From IMG/VR virus record IMGVR_UViG_3300009151_005798: DNA of 64,000 nt; one strand, given 5' to 3'. This document shows, in pieces, positions 49,369 through 58,043 of the stretch. Under the pieces are notes generated by a model that was not told where the DNA came from, did no database searches, and was given only the letters and a program-made list of their open reading frames with translations. Origin of the DNA: an uncultured virus (IMG/VR IMGVR_UViG_3300009151_005798) (taxonomy: Duplodnaviria > Heunggongvirae > Uroviricota > Caudoviricetes). The position numbers and the translations under genes are program-made. Position 1 is the stretch's first letter. Every line of letters begins with the position of its first letter.

Positions 49369-49690
49369 ATTTGCCGTAATTGCACTGGTACTATATCTAG
49401 TATTAAAGTGCTTGCCAGTGTTGGCCGCGGTATTTCAAACCAATGTTCCATGGACTTGTGCCACCAGTGAAGAAGTAATAGGCAGTTTGGCCAGCGTAGG
49501 CGAAGAATTGGTCATTACCGGTGAAGTTGACTCGATAGAGTTGTTGATGACTATATGGGCCAGCAGAACTACCGGAAATTGGACCATAGTAGCATCAGGA
49601 ATGACAGCAGACGAAAGCAAAACCAGCTTGAGTTGTGTGGTACTAACTGGTAAAAATCTAAAATCGTTTAAAGCCAAAACATTCATTTAA
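49325..49690 (+). CDS. Hypothetical exported protein
   Basis: Hydrophobic N-terminus; TGNWTIV, SCVV; start uncertain. Confidence 0.5.
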   Translation: MLNNTLTGWRPVITKFAVIALVLYLVLKCLPVLAAVFQTNVPWTCATSEEVIGSLASVGEELVITGEVDSIELLMTIWASRTTGNWTIVASGMTADESKTSLSCVVLTGKNLKSFKAKTFI

Positions 49691-49738
49691 GTAGTAGTTT
49701 ATCCAGTCATTAAATATGCTGTTTTGATAAATAACTGC

Positions 49739-50050
49739 ATGTCCAGACCCAAGCCAACCATTCTCCTTACCAATACTAACCCTCGCACATACAAAAGCGA
49801 AGAAGTGCTCGCGGCTGACGCCATCTATGCTGTATTCTACAAAGATAAACCCATCAATCTTCGTACACTAAACAGCCTAGTAAGTTATCCAGGCCCTAAA
49901 TACAAAAAAGTCAGTTTCTCTAATCCAGGACATGCTTTTAACCTTGCTGATCGTTTAAATAAAATGTTCAAAGTTGAAGATTTTTCAGTCGTTGAATTAA
50001 AACAAGGACGCCGTATCAATGAGCAAGGAAATTCCTTTAAAGATCACTGA
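49739..50050 (+). CDS. Hypothetical protein (MSRPKP...)
   Basis: TAAATA box 5 nt upstream; PGPKYKKVSFSNPGHAFNLA. Confidence 0.75.
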   Translation: MSRPKPTILLTNTNPRTYKSEEVLAADAIYAVFYKDKPINLRTLNSLVSYPGPKYKKVSFSNPGHAFNLADRLNKMFKVEDFSVVELKQGRRINEQGNSFKDH

Positions 50051-50402
50051 GTATCTGGCTCAGTACCCTGTTCCGCACATTTGGGCAAGCACTAAGATAA
50101 CGCCTTACACGGTGTTTAAAAATTATCAACCAGGCCGTCAAAAAGGTCTTCGTTTAACCAGCTTTGGTTGGGAACTGATGCGACCTCATTTTAGGTATTG
50201 GTCTTATCAATGTCCTGTTGGTTGGAGTCCCAAGCCTGGTCACCTAATAGGCCTAGAGCGACATCTGGATTGGCCATACTATCACGGAGCCGGTTACTTT
50301 CGTATATTCGGCGAACAGGATGCAATGGAAATTCGATTGGTCAATGAAGATATCATATTATGGTTAGATGGGCTGAGTCGAAAAGCACAAGGCAAAGGTT
50401 AG
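50019..50402 (+). CDS. Hypothetical protein
   Basis: GLRLT..G, PYY, FGEQDAM.I.L. Confidence 0.7.
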   Translation: MSKEIPLKITEYLAQYPVPHIWASTKITPYTVFKNYQPGRQKGLRLTSFGWELMRPHFRYWSYQCPVGWSPKPGHLIGLERHLDWPYYHGAGYFRIFGEQDAMEIRLVNEDIILWLDGLSRKAQGKG

Positions 50403-50437
50403 CGTCGGTAACTTCTCTGCATCCTATAAATATCAAC

Positions 50438-50872
50438 ATGCAAAATTGGCAACCATATGTTAGAGCCGGGTGGGAAATTGTTGTAGAAGCCCAGGGTGCT
50501 AGTCAGACTTTTTTAGAGCCTGATGTAGAGGCATTTTTAGTTCACACCATTGCCCGCACAATGGAACGCACTGATATTTGGAACGAACCAATTGCCATTA
50601 AAATTCTAAGCGCACAGTCCCTGCCAGGTATCAAGCGAAAACCAATCATGCGAGAGATTGGAGAAGAATGCTTGTTCATTGATGGGTGGGGTATCAAGCA
50701 ACCAAGATGGCCTAATCCTAAATACTTTGCTGACATGGGAGAAATTGCATTTGGCATGGCCAGTACCTCATCCAATCCTGCAGATGAGCTGTTAGAGTTA
50801 GTGAGTACTAACTTTGTGCGTATGAGTTCCATATTAAAGCAGGCAAAAACGCTGTTTCTGCTTAAAAATTAA
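50438..50872 (+). CDS. Hypothetical protein
   Basis: TATAAATA 5 nt upstream; REIGEECLFI.G. Confidence 0.65.
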   Translation: MQNWQPYVRAGWEIVVEAQGASQTFLEPDVEAFLVHTIARTMERTDIWNEPIAIKILSAQSLPGIKRKPIMREIGEECLFIDGWGIKQPRWPNPKYFADMGEIAFGMASTSSNPADELLELVSTNFVRMSSILKQAKTLFLLKN

Positions 50873-50880
50873 GCAATAAG

Positions 50881-50900
50881 TTGTTGTAAAAATACAACAA
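50881..50900. repeat. Perfect inverted repeat, possible operator
   Basis: TTGTTGTA-AAAA-TACAACAA, upstream of the -35 box at 50919. Confidence 0.6.
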
Positions 50901-50918
50901 AAATAGTCAAAAAACAGG

Positions 50919-50947
50919 TTGACTCTTGGCTCTAGTTGCCATATAAT
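50919..50947 (+). promoter_or_regulatory. Early sigma70-type promoter
   Basis: A-tract, then TTGACT-17 nt-TATAAT. Confidence 0.75.
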
Positions 50948-50956
50948 AGTAACACT

Positions 50957-51121
50957 ATGAAACGGACAATCCTTACTTTAAAGTTTAAAGCGCCAAAGCG
51001 TAGAGCTATTGAGCTGTACCATGCTGACAGTCCTTTTAGGGCCAAAGTTGTGGAAAGCAAAAAAGTCTACAAAAGAGGTGCTAAGAACCAAAAAGAGGTT
51101 GACAAGGATCTGGGTCTGTAG
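50957..51121 (+). CDS. Small basic hypothetical protein
   Basis: MKRTILTLKF...SPFRAKVVESKKVYKR. Confidence 0.55.
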   Translation: MKRTILTLKFKAPKRRAIELYHADSPFRAKVVESKKVYKRGAKNQKEVDKDLGL

Positions 51122-51127
51122 TATAGT
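51099..51127 (+). promoter_or_regulatory. Early sigma70-type promoter
   Basis: AAAAAGAGG TTGACA-17 nt-TATAGT. Confidence 0.65.
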
Positions 51128-51182
51128 ATACATATTGCGGAACAGTTCCGCAATGTTTTTAAACACACACAGGAGTATTTTT

Positions 51183-51539
51183 ATGTCTAAAGTTCTTTCG
51201 CAAACACCTACCGCAATCCGTAAGCGTGAAGCTCGTGCCCGGGCCAAGTCCATGGCATCTGTTGCTACTGCTCCAATTGCGCCTGCTGTTGTCACTGCCG
51301 CAATTGAAGCAGTTACCAACGGTGAGACTTTTACCCATGTTGGATATGCTGTTAGCAAAAACGGCAAAGGTGCAGTTCGTTACACAAACGACAAGCGCCG
51401 TACTCGTACTCTAGTCCGTGCAGGTTGCACAGATGTCAAGTTTGTCGAGTTGCCTTTTGCAATGACAAAAGAAGCCATTGATGCTTCTGAGTTTGTTGCT
51501 CAAGTTAGCCCTGCAGTTTCTGCAGAAGCAGTTGCGTGA
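51183..51539 (+). CDS. Hypothetical early protein
   Basis: AGGAG RBS; basic N-terminus; VRYTND...L.RAG.TDV.FVELP..MTK. Confidence 0.7.
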   Translation: MSKVLSQTPTAIRKREARARAKSMASVATAPIAPAVVTAAIEAVTNGETFTHVGYAVSKNGKGAVRYTNDKRRTRTLVRAGCTDVKFVELPFAMTKEAIDASEFVAQVSPAVSAEAVA

Positions 51540-51544
51540 TAACA

Positions 51545-51580
51545 ACAGGGGTTGACAACAACCCCTGTGTTTGCTATAAT
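51545..51580 (+). promoter_or_regulatory. Hairpin overlapping a consensus sigma70 promoter
   Basis: ACAGGGGTTG-ACAA-CAACCCCTGT; TTGACA(51552)-17 nt-TATAAT(51575). Confidence 0.75.
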
Positions 51581-51618
51581 TATTTTATTAATTAACAACC
51601 CCTAGTAGGAGCCACCAA

Positions 51619-52716
51619 ATGGGAAATCAAGTAGAAACCCGCACCGTTAAAATTAGCGAGTGCAAACCTATCCTGCGCCGAGCAGTACAAAAGCGTCGAC
51701 CAGTCTTTGTCTGGGGCCCTCCGGGCGTAGGCAAAAGTGACATGGTAAACCAGGTTGCCGCAGAATGGCCCAATTCCGCAGTCGTGGACTTGCGTATGGC
51801 CCTAATGGATCCTACAGATATTAAGGGTGTCCCTTATTATAGTGCAGGTGACAATACTATGAAGTGGGCTACCCCTTCAGAATTGCCTACCGAGGAATTT
51901 GCAAAAGAATACGACATTGTATTCTTGTTCTTGGACGAGCTTAACTCTGCTCCTCCTGCTGTACAGGCCGCGGCCTATCAGCTTATCCTTAACCGCAAAG
52001 TTGGACAGTATAAACTGCCAGACAATGTTGTACTAATTGCCGCAGGCAACCGAATGGGTGATAAAGGTGTCACCTATCGTATGCCTAGCCCACTGGCCAA
52101 CCGCTTCATGCACTTGGAAATCCGTGTGGACTTTGAAGACTGGGAACAATGGGCCATCATGCATGAAGTCCATCCGCATGTGGTTGGCTTCTTGAAGCAG
52201 TTCAAAGGCGACTTATACAACTTTGATCCTACGCAACACGACCGTGCCTTTGCTACTCCTCGTACATGGAGTTTTGTAAGCGACATGATTGATGACGACA
52301 TGCCAGACAGCGCCAACACAGACATGGTATCTGGCCTAGTAGGTGAAGGTATGGCAATTAAGTTTATGAGCCATCGTAAACATGCCGCAGACTTGCCAGC
52401 GCCAGAAGATGTGCTGTCAGGCAAAGTTACCACTTTCAAGAGCAAAGAGGTAAGTGCCGCTTATGCAATGGTTACCAGCTTGAGCTACGAACTTCGTACA
52501 CGATACGAATCCGGCAAGCGGAGCGGCAAGTTGGACGAGTTCAACAAGAGTGCAGATAACTGGCTAGGTTTTATGATGAGTAACTTTGAACCAGAGATGG
52601 TTATCATGGGAGCTCATACTGTATTGAAGTCCTACAAGGTAGTGTTTGATCGTAAGAAGATGACCAACTTCCCCGAGTTCTTCAAACGCTATGCCAACTT
52701 ACTCACAGACGAGTAA
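51619..52716 (+). CDS. MoxR-like AAA+ ATPase
   Basis: GPPGVGKS Walker A, LFLDELN Walker B, AAGNR, PLANRF, TPRTW. Confidence 0.9.
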   Translation: MGNQVETRTVKISECKPILRRAVQKRRPVFVWGPPGVGKSDMVNQVAAEWPNSAVVDLRMALMDPTDIKGVPYYSAGDNTMKWATPSELPTEEFAKEYDIVFLFLDELNSAPPAVQAAAYQLILNRKVGQYKLPDNVVLIAAGNRMGDKGVTYRMPSPLANRFMHLEIRVDFEDWEQWAIMHEVHPHVVGFLKQFKGDLYNFDPTQHDRAFATPRTWSFVSDMIDDDMPDSANTDMVSGLVGEGMAIKFMSHRKHAADLPAPEDVLSGKVTTFKSKEVSAAYAMVTSLSYELRTRYESGKRSGKLDEFNKSADNWLGFMMSNFEPEMVIMGAHTVLKSYKVVFDRKKMTNFPEFFKRYANLLTDE

Positions 52717-52747
52717 ACGACAAAGGAACTGGGCCGTACTTGAAATA

Positions 52748-53041
52748 ATGTACGGCTCAGAAGCCCGCCAAGTTTGGACGGATCAGCCCCCTACCCCATC
52801 TGATGTTAGCGAGTGGCTCCGCGAACAAAGGAAGAGTTGGTCCGTCCGACCTTACCCCAAAGGAGCCACAATTAATGAAGTTACCAGATGGGCCAGGGAA
52901 CAGGGATTAAAGCGATTAGATTGGGACTTTGTACCAAAGCAATACGTCTGGTTTAGAGAACCACAAGTAGCAATGATTTGGGATATTTCAGGACCACAAA
53001 ATAAAGTAGAAAAAACGGTTGACCTGAATCAGGATACATAG
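52748..53041 (+). CDS. Hypothetical protein, divergent small-family member
   Basis: VTRWAREQG...VWFREPQVAMIW; start uncertain. Confidence 0.5.
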   Translation: MYGSEARQVWTDQPPTPSDVSEWLREQRKSWSVRPYPKGATINEVTRWAREQGLKRLDWDFVPKQYVWFREPQVAMIWDISGPQNKVEKTVDLNQDT

Positions 53042-53047
53042 TATAAT
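53019..53047 (+). promoter_or_regulatory. Early sigma70-type promoter
   Basis: AAAAAACGG TTGACC-17 nt-TATAAT. Confidence 0.7.
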
Positions 53048-53080
53048 ACATACATATACAAACAAGTTGGAGCCACCAAA

Positions 53081-54289
53081 ATGTCAAAGATGATTGCTAG
53101 AGACAAACTAATTAAGAGCCGTGTTGCTATGCTGTTAAAGTATCCGTTCTGGGGTCCTCTTGCGGCACGTCTTATTCTAGAAGAAGTTGAATGGTGCAAT
53201 ACTATTGCAACAGACGGTCGTAAATTTTACTACAACAAGGCATTCGTTGACAAGCTCAGCGATGGTGAAATGATTTTTGGCTTTGGCCACGAACTTGGAC
53301 ATATCATCTTTGAGCACATGACACGCCGTGGCGACCGTGTGCCACAAATTTGGAACATGGCAGGTGACTATGTTATCAACAACATGCTGATCCGTGAAAG
53401 CGTTGGCACTCCAATTACAGCCGTTTCCATCTTGGCAGATCGCAAGTACGAAGGCAAAACTGCCGACGAAGTCTATGACGACTTGTTTGACAATGCTGTA
53501 AAAATTCAAGTTACCTTAGACGACCACTTGGACATGGAAGGTGATGGCGATGGCGAAGGCGAAGGTAACGGGCCTGGCAAAGACGGCAAAGGCAGGCCCA
53601 AGTTTAAGAAACTGTCAGAAGAAGAAAAGAAAGCCCTGCGCGATGAATGGCGTGAAGCTGTGATACAGGCCGCCAAGCAAGCAGGCGCAGGCAATACTCC
53701 TGCCGCTATCCAGCGTCTGGTTAAAGATGTTACTGCTCCTGTAATGGATTTGAAGGACTTGTTGCGTATTCAATTTAGTGGCTCTGTTAAAAGCGACTAC
53801 ACATGGATGCGTCCAAACCGCAAGGGCTGGCACACCGGTGCAGTATTGCCTGGACAATTACCTGGTGAAGAGCTTGACATTGTAGTGGCATTAGATGCAT
53901 CTGGTTCCATTGATGAAGGCATGTTGATGGACTTCCTGGGCATGGTGCAAGGTAGCTTGGATCAGTTTACTTCTTACAAGGTACGGATAGTTACATTTGA
54001 TACAGATGTATACCACGAAGATACATTTACCGGTGATGACGGTCGTAGCATGGGTGAATATCAAGTTACCGGTGGCGGCGGAACAGACTTTGCTTGTGTA
54101 TGGCAATGGATGAAAGATAACGATGTTAACCCGCATCAACTTGTAATGTTCACAGACGGCTACCCGTTTGGCACTTGGGGCGACCCAGACTACTGCGACA
54201 CGCTGTTTGTTGTACACGGAAGCAACGAAATTACAGCACCGTTTGGTATCACTGCCAATTATGTTCCACCAGGAAGAAAACGGAATTAA
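53081..54289 (+). CDS. Metallopeptidase-like plus vWA domain protein (DUF2201-like)
   Basis: TIATDG, HELGH, WN.AGDY.IN; vWA motifs LDASGSI, GGGGTDF, FTDGY. Confidence 0.88.
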   Translation: MSKMIARDKLIKSRVAMLLKYPFWGPLAARLILEEVEWCNTIATDGRKFYYNKAFVDKLSDGEMIFGFGHELGHIIFEHMTRRGDRVPQIWNMAGDYVINNMLIRESVGTPITAVSILADRKYEGKTADEVYDDLFDNAVKIQVTLDDHLDMEGDGDGEGEGNGPGKDGKGRPKFKKLSEEEKKALRDEWREAVIQAAKQAGAGNTPAAIQRLVKDVTAPVMDLKDLLRIQFSGSVKSDYTWMRPNRKGWHTGAVLPGQLPGEELDIVVALDASGSIDEGMLMDFLGMVQGSLDQFTSYKVRIVTFDTDVYHEDTFTGDDGRSMGEYQVTGGGGTDFACVWQWMKDNDVNPHQLVMFTDGYPFGTWGDPDYCDTLFVVHGSNEITAPFGITANYVPPGRKRN

Positions 54290-54305
54290 TTTTACTACAC
54301 TTGTT

Positions 54306-54333
54306 AAAACGCACTACGGTGCGTTTTTTTTTT
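54306..54333 (+). terminator. Intrinsic terminator with UNCG tetraloop
   Basis: AAAACGCAC-TACG-GTGCGTTTT followed by a T run. Confidence 0.85.
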
Positions 54334-54404
54334 GGTCTAACATCCGGTTCTCCAATGCTATAAGTATCTAAGGACAAATTCCGTTCTAACCTAGGAGATT
54401 TTAA

Positions 54405-54686
54405 ATGGAACAAGATACAGTAGTAAATGAAGCACCGGCAACTGAAGCGCCAGCCGCAGTGGTAGGGTTAACATTACAAGATTTAAGAGTGCTTGCTGGT
54501 TCAATTGAACTTGGCGCACAGCGTGGTGCATATCGCGCACAAGAGATGGAAGTCATTGGTTCAACCTATAACAAATTGGCCAAGTTTCTAGAAGCCAATG
54601 CACCAAAAGAAGAAGAGGCACCAGCTTCAACCGAAGGCGCACCCACTGGCGTAGAAGTTACCGAAACTGCTACTTCAGCTGAATAA
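54405..54686 (+). CDS. Hypothetical protein
   Basis: TATAAGTA box and AGGAG RBS; LT..DL...I..G.QRGAY.A.EM..IG..YNKL..FL. Confidence 0.75.
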   Translation: MEQDTVVNEAPATEAPAAVVGLTLQDLRVLAGSIELGAQRGAYRAQEMEVIGSTYNKLAKFLEANAPKEEEAPASTEGAPTGVEVTETATSAE

Positions 54687-54701
54687 TTAAGGAGGTTACC
54701 A

Positions 54702-55295
54702 ATGGCACAATTTATCAAACACGTCGGTGTTAATATTAACGGCAAAAAAGTAGTTGTTGTTTTTAGAGAGGTACCAGGCGAGCCTGAATCGGCATTGGTA
54801 ATCCTAACTGAATCATTGCCAACAAATCATCATGATGATTTAATAAAAGCAATCGAAAGTAATCCTTGTCAGAGTTCGATGGATCCAAGTGAGTTTCTGT
54901 TTCGACAATCATTTCATGACGGTACCAATATGTTAAACACCGTACATCAAAAAGGATGGATGGTTAAAGTTCCTACAAAAAGTATTTTAATGGTTCCTTC
55001 GCCTGGCGTTGAAATTAACTTGGTTGAGTTAAACAAACAACTAAAGGGCATTGCAAATACCAGCGCCGCAAGTGGTACTAGATCAGCAGATATTGCAAAT
55101 ACATCATCGCCGTCGGCACCTGGTGTACTAGATGATGCGGCACTTGCATCAAAGTTTCGTTCGCAAGCTATGACATTTCAAGCCGAAGCTCGCAAGCTTT
55201 TAGAGGAGGCAGAGAAACTTGACCCAAAAGGACAGGTAGCAGTAGAAGAGGTAAAGCGAGGCCGAGGGCGGCCAGCAAAAGTACAAGTGGTTTAA
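54702..55295 (+). CDS. Hypothetical protein with a C-terminal AT-hook-like motif
   Basis: AGGAGG RBS; KRGRGRPAK. Confidence 0.7.
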   Translation: MAQFIKHVGVNINGKKVVVVFREVPGEPESALVILTESLPTNHHDDLIKAIESNPCQSSMDPSEFLFRQSFHDGTNMLNTVHQKGWMVKVPTKSILMVPSPGVEINLVELNKQLKGIANTSAASGTRSADIANTSSPSAPGVLDDAALASKFRSQAMTFQAEARKLLEEAEKLDPKGQVAVEEVKRGRGRPAKVQVV

Positions 55296-55338
55296 ATACA
55301 CGCATACTTGATCGTATTAAATCTTTTTGGAGTAGATA

Positions 55339-55638
55339 ATGAGTATTCGAAAGAAGGACAGAAGTTTTGAGAACATGCTTAAAGATATTCGTGTTGAAGA
55401 AGTTCCTGTTGAATACATAGATTGGATTAAAGTTTATCTTAATGATGGCACAGAAATTATTTTTAAGAAAGAAGATTTGACCGATATTAAAACTAGCAAA
55501 GAAGTTTTAGCAATAAAACAACTTGAACAATACCTAGATCGTATTGTTGATTTTGAAGTAATGATGAATAGCGAGTTGATTAAATCTAGAGTAACTCGAT
55601 TTGTTGGTGCATTACTGGCAACACATTTTGAGAGATAA
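55339..55638 (+). CDS. Hypothetical protein
   Basis: GGAG RBS; EEVPVEYI..I.V.L.DG. Confidence 0.65.
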   Translation: MSIRKKDRSFENMLKDIRVEEVPVEYIDWIKVYLNDGTEIIFKKEDLTDIKTSKEVLAIKQLEQYLDRIVDFEVMMNSELIKSRVTRFVGALLATHFER

Positions 55639-55640
55639 AC

Positions 55641-56345
55641 ATGGACCTATTATTAGTAAACCCGCCTGATACTGCAATGAATTATATTTTTGCTCTCTTA
55701 GAGAAAGAAATTGATTTAACAGTTGTAGTAACGCACAACCGTTTCAATGCCGAAATGCTGGATCGGAGTTTGATTAAAGTAATTGATCTAGAAACATCTA
55801 TATGGGATAGCACAGAAGAGATTACATCTGCTATTTCTTGGAATCGACCCGGGCAGGATTTTTTAGATTCAATTGCTGGACAAATTGCATTGTCCAATTC
55901 AAAGGGATTACTGCAAGAACGACAGCGGCTACAAATAGATCCAAAAATTCAGGTTGGTACATATATGCTTGATCTATTGTCGTACAAAGGTCGGCATGTA
56001 CTTTGTAGTGTTATGATTCGACAAGAAGAAATATTCAGATTCCAAGAAGATCAAGATTCGGCAGAGTTTAAAAATAATGTAGAAACGGCTTTTCAAACAG
56101 TAGATGACGCTGGTATTATCAACGGGCCAAGTAGAGTGTTTATAACAGGCGACTTGGTTGCATTAAAACCATCATTGCCGGATCGTGCATTTTTAGAAAG
56201 AAAAGTTGCCAAGCGATTTCTTGATGTGTGGCCAAATGTTATAAAATTTGAAAAAGACAACCCAAAGAAAGCACATCTTACATTTTATGATTGGGTAGAA
56301 AAGTACGGTAATGCAAAACGATATAGTTTAAATCTTACTGGTTAA
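55641..56345 (+). CDS. Hypothetical protein, weak ATP-grasp-like remnant
   Basis: Y.LD.LS.KGRH and DAGIINGPS. Confidence 0.45.
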   Translation: MDLLLVNPPDTAMNYIFALLEKEIDLTVVVTHNRFNAEMLDRSLIKVIDLETSIWDSTEEITSAISWNRPGQDFLDSIAGQIALSNSKGLLQERQRLQIDPKIQVGTYMLDLLSYKGRHVLCSVMIRQEEIFRFQEDQDSAEFKNNVETAFQTVDDAGIINGPSRVFITGDLVALKPSLPDRAFLERKVAKRFLDVWPNVIKFEKDNPKKAHLTFYDWVEKYGNAKRYSLNLTG

Positions 56346-56794
56346 GTTGGTTTATGGGACTTGAATAATAAGTCCCAAATTGGCAAAAACAATCCAAAGT
56401 TTGAATTAGTGTCATGATGGTGAATTAGATGCCATTTTCCACTGGTTAAAAATGGAGACCAATCAAACTGTTTATTGTGTTCAATTACCTCTTGTAACAA
56501 TGCGGCCCAGAGATAATAAAATACACTTAGCCACCAATAGCCAGTTATCCAAGAAAAGATTAGAGTTGGTATCACCTCAGTTATCCACAAATCTAATGTG
56601 CTCATCCATGTATCATTGAATAAGAACAAATTGTTCCAATGCCATGTTGTTTGTTTGTTTATATTAATATAACGATGGTGATCTGCATGTGCTGTAAATG
56701 CAAGTGGTGCAAATTTCAACCCAATTGAATGTATAGTCCGATGTATTACATACAGATATAAGGTCCAAGTCAAGAAAGAAAAAATGTATTCCAT
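56342..56794 (-). CDS. Sterol desaturase / fatty-acid hydroxylase family protein
   Basis: YVIHRTIH, HADHH, EHN, HLIHH, NFGLF.PIWD.LF. Confidence 0.82.
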   Translation of the reverse strand: MEYIFSFLTWTLYLYVIHRTIHSIGLKFAPLAFTAHADHHRYININKQTTWHWNNLFLFNDTWMSTLDLWITEVIPTLIFSWITGYWWLSVFYYLWAALLQEVIEHNKQFDWSPFLTSGKWHLIHHHDTNSNFGLFLPIWDLLFKSHKPT

Positions 56795-56798
56795 GCTT

Positions 56799-56839
56799 TA
56801 CTTATTAGAAAAACTGATAAGGGTATACTCCAATAAATA
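56799..56839. promoter_or_regulatory. Divergent late-type boxes
   Basis: TAAGTA on minus (56799-804) 4 nt from ATG 56794; TAAATA on plus (56834-39) 5 nt from ATG 56845. Confidence 0.55.
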
Positions 56840-56844
56840 TTCGG

Positions 56845-57375
56845 ATGGAATACTACAAAGAGATCAATCTTCCAAATTGGGAGAAAATTCAAAAATTTTG
56901 CCTGGAAAAGTGGACAGGTAAATTTACGCTTAGTCAAACTTTTCAAGGCGAACAATTGCGCTACATTGGAATGCTGTTGAAAAAAGACATCAAAGAAGTA
57001 CTGGGCATTGATGTCAAAGTTAAAACAGCAATCATGTTTATAAATGAGCCTAGATTTGTACAAGATATGCATATCGACGGATTTCAAATTGATCGTGCAA
57101 ATGCCAGTAATACTGCACTTAACTTGCCAATACTAAATTGTGACACTGGACTAATGAAATGGTACAGTGGAGAGTTTTATCTTACTGAAAGCCCGCATAA
57201 ATCTATCAAATATCTGAAAATTAACTGGACCACTGAGTCAAAGGTCGCTGTTGAAAAAATTATCAATCGGCCAACCATTGTTAAAATAAACATTCCACAC
57301 CACATTGAAAATCAATGTGACCTGCCAAGATTGATGTTGAGTGTTCGCTTCACTGAAGACATCCTCATTGGCTAA
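56845..57375 (+). CDS. Putative 2OG-Fe(II)/cupin oxygenase
   Basis: DMHIDG, ALNLPI.NC, IPHHIEN, PRLMLSVRF. Confidence 0.6.
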   Translation: MEYYKEINLPNWEKIQKFCLEKWTGKFTLSQTFQGEQLRYIGMLLKKDIKEVLGIDVKVKTAIMFINEPRFVQDMHIDGFQIDRANASNTALNLPILNCDTGLMKWYSGEFYLTESPHKSIKYLKINWTTESKVAVEKIINRPTIVKINIPHHIENQCDLPRLMLSVRFTEDILIG

Positions 57376-57421
57376 TCCTCAGCGGATTATTGGCATACAT
57401 AAATTATATTAGGAGATAGCT

Positions 57422-58042
57422 ATGCGTTGGGTTGCACTTGCATGTACCGCCGAGAATGAAATACTCGCTTGGTCCAATGATTTATCAATTTTAGAAAGTG
57501 GATGCTCGGGAGAATTCCGAGCAATTTGCAGAATCTACGGAGTTGATGATCAGTTTGTTAATCAGTTTGCCAAGGGAAATTTAAATTTTAGATTAAAGTT
57601 TGATGGCCCTAGAAACACCACCTGCGAACCATTTGAAAGAAACAATGAAGTGATAATGTTGAGTGCTGTACTGCAAGCCAGGGTGGGGCTAACAGCTGAA
57701 CTTTATCAAAGACTGGCACATGGGTTTAAAAGATTTAGTCCAGTGGTTGAATGGCAACAAGATGCATACGAAGAAAAGTATCGTCAAGCTGTAGAAGTTG
57801 TCAATGGTAAAACTGAAAATATTGGCATGGTCAATGACTATGCTGAAGAATCTGGACTTGCTATCAATATTGCCGCTGGCCTAATTGTAAACAAGTATCA
57901 GAATAGAAAATTTCTAATACGAAAACTCGAGCGGCTACGCATGCGTCACCAAATTGCAATCCGCCAAGCCTCAAGTAAATTTGATCTAGCACAAGTTAGA
58001 GCCAATATGGAAGAAGATTCCTTTTTATCAATGATGATGTGA
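57422..58042 (+). CDS. Hypothetical protein; C-terminal half resembles tail-fibre assembly chaperones
   Basis: AGGAG RBS; Q..AY.EK..QA...A..SG.....A..IV.K...LE.LR. Confidence 0.55.
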   Translation: MRWVALACTAENEILAWSNDLSILESGCSGEFRAICRIYGVDDQFVNQFAKGNLNFRLKFDGPRNTTCEPFERNNEVIMLSAVLQARVGLTAELYQRLAHGFKRFSPVVEWQQDAYEEKYRQAVEVVNGKTENIGMVNDYAEESGLAINIAAGLIVNKYQNRKFLIRKLERLRMRHQIAIRQASSKFDLAQVRANMEEDSFLSMMM

Positions 58043-58043
58043 C

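Noticed and set aside
52861..52910. Third GGAGCCAC followed by an ATG
   Set aside because: It opens only an 11-codon frame inside another ORF and is likely coincidental
53536..53595. GA(T/A)GG(C/T) repeats
   Set aside because: They encode the Gly/Asp/Glu linker typical of this protein family, not a DNA repeat element
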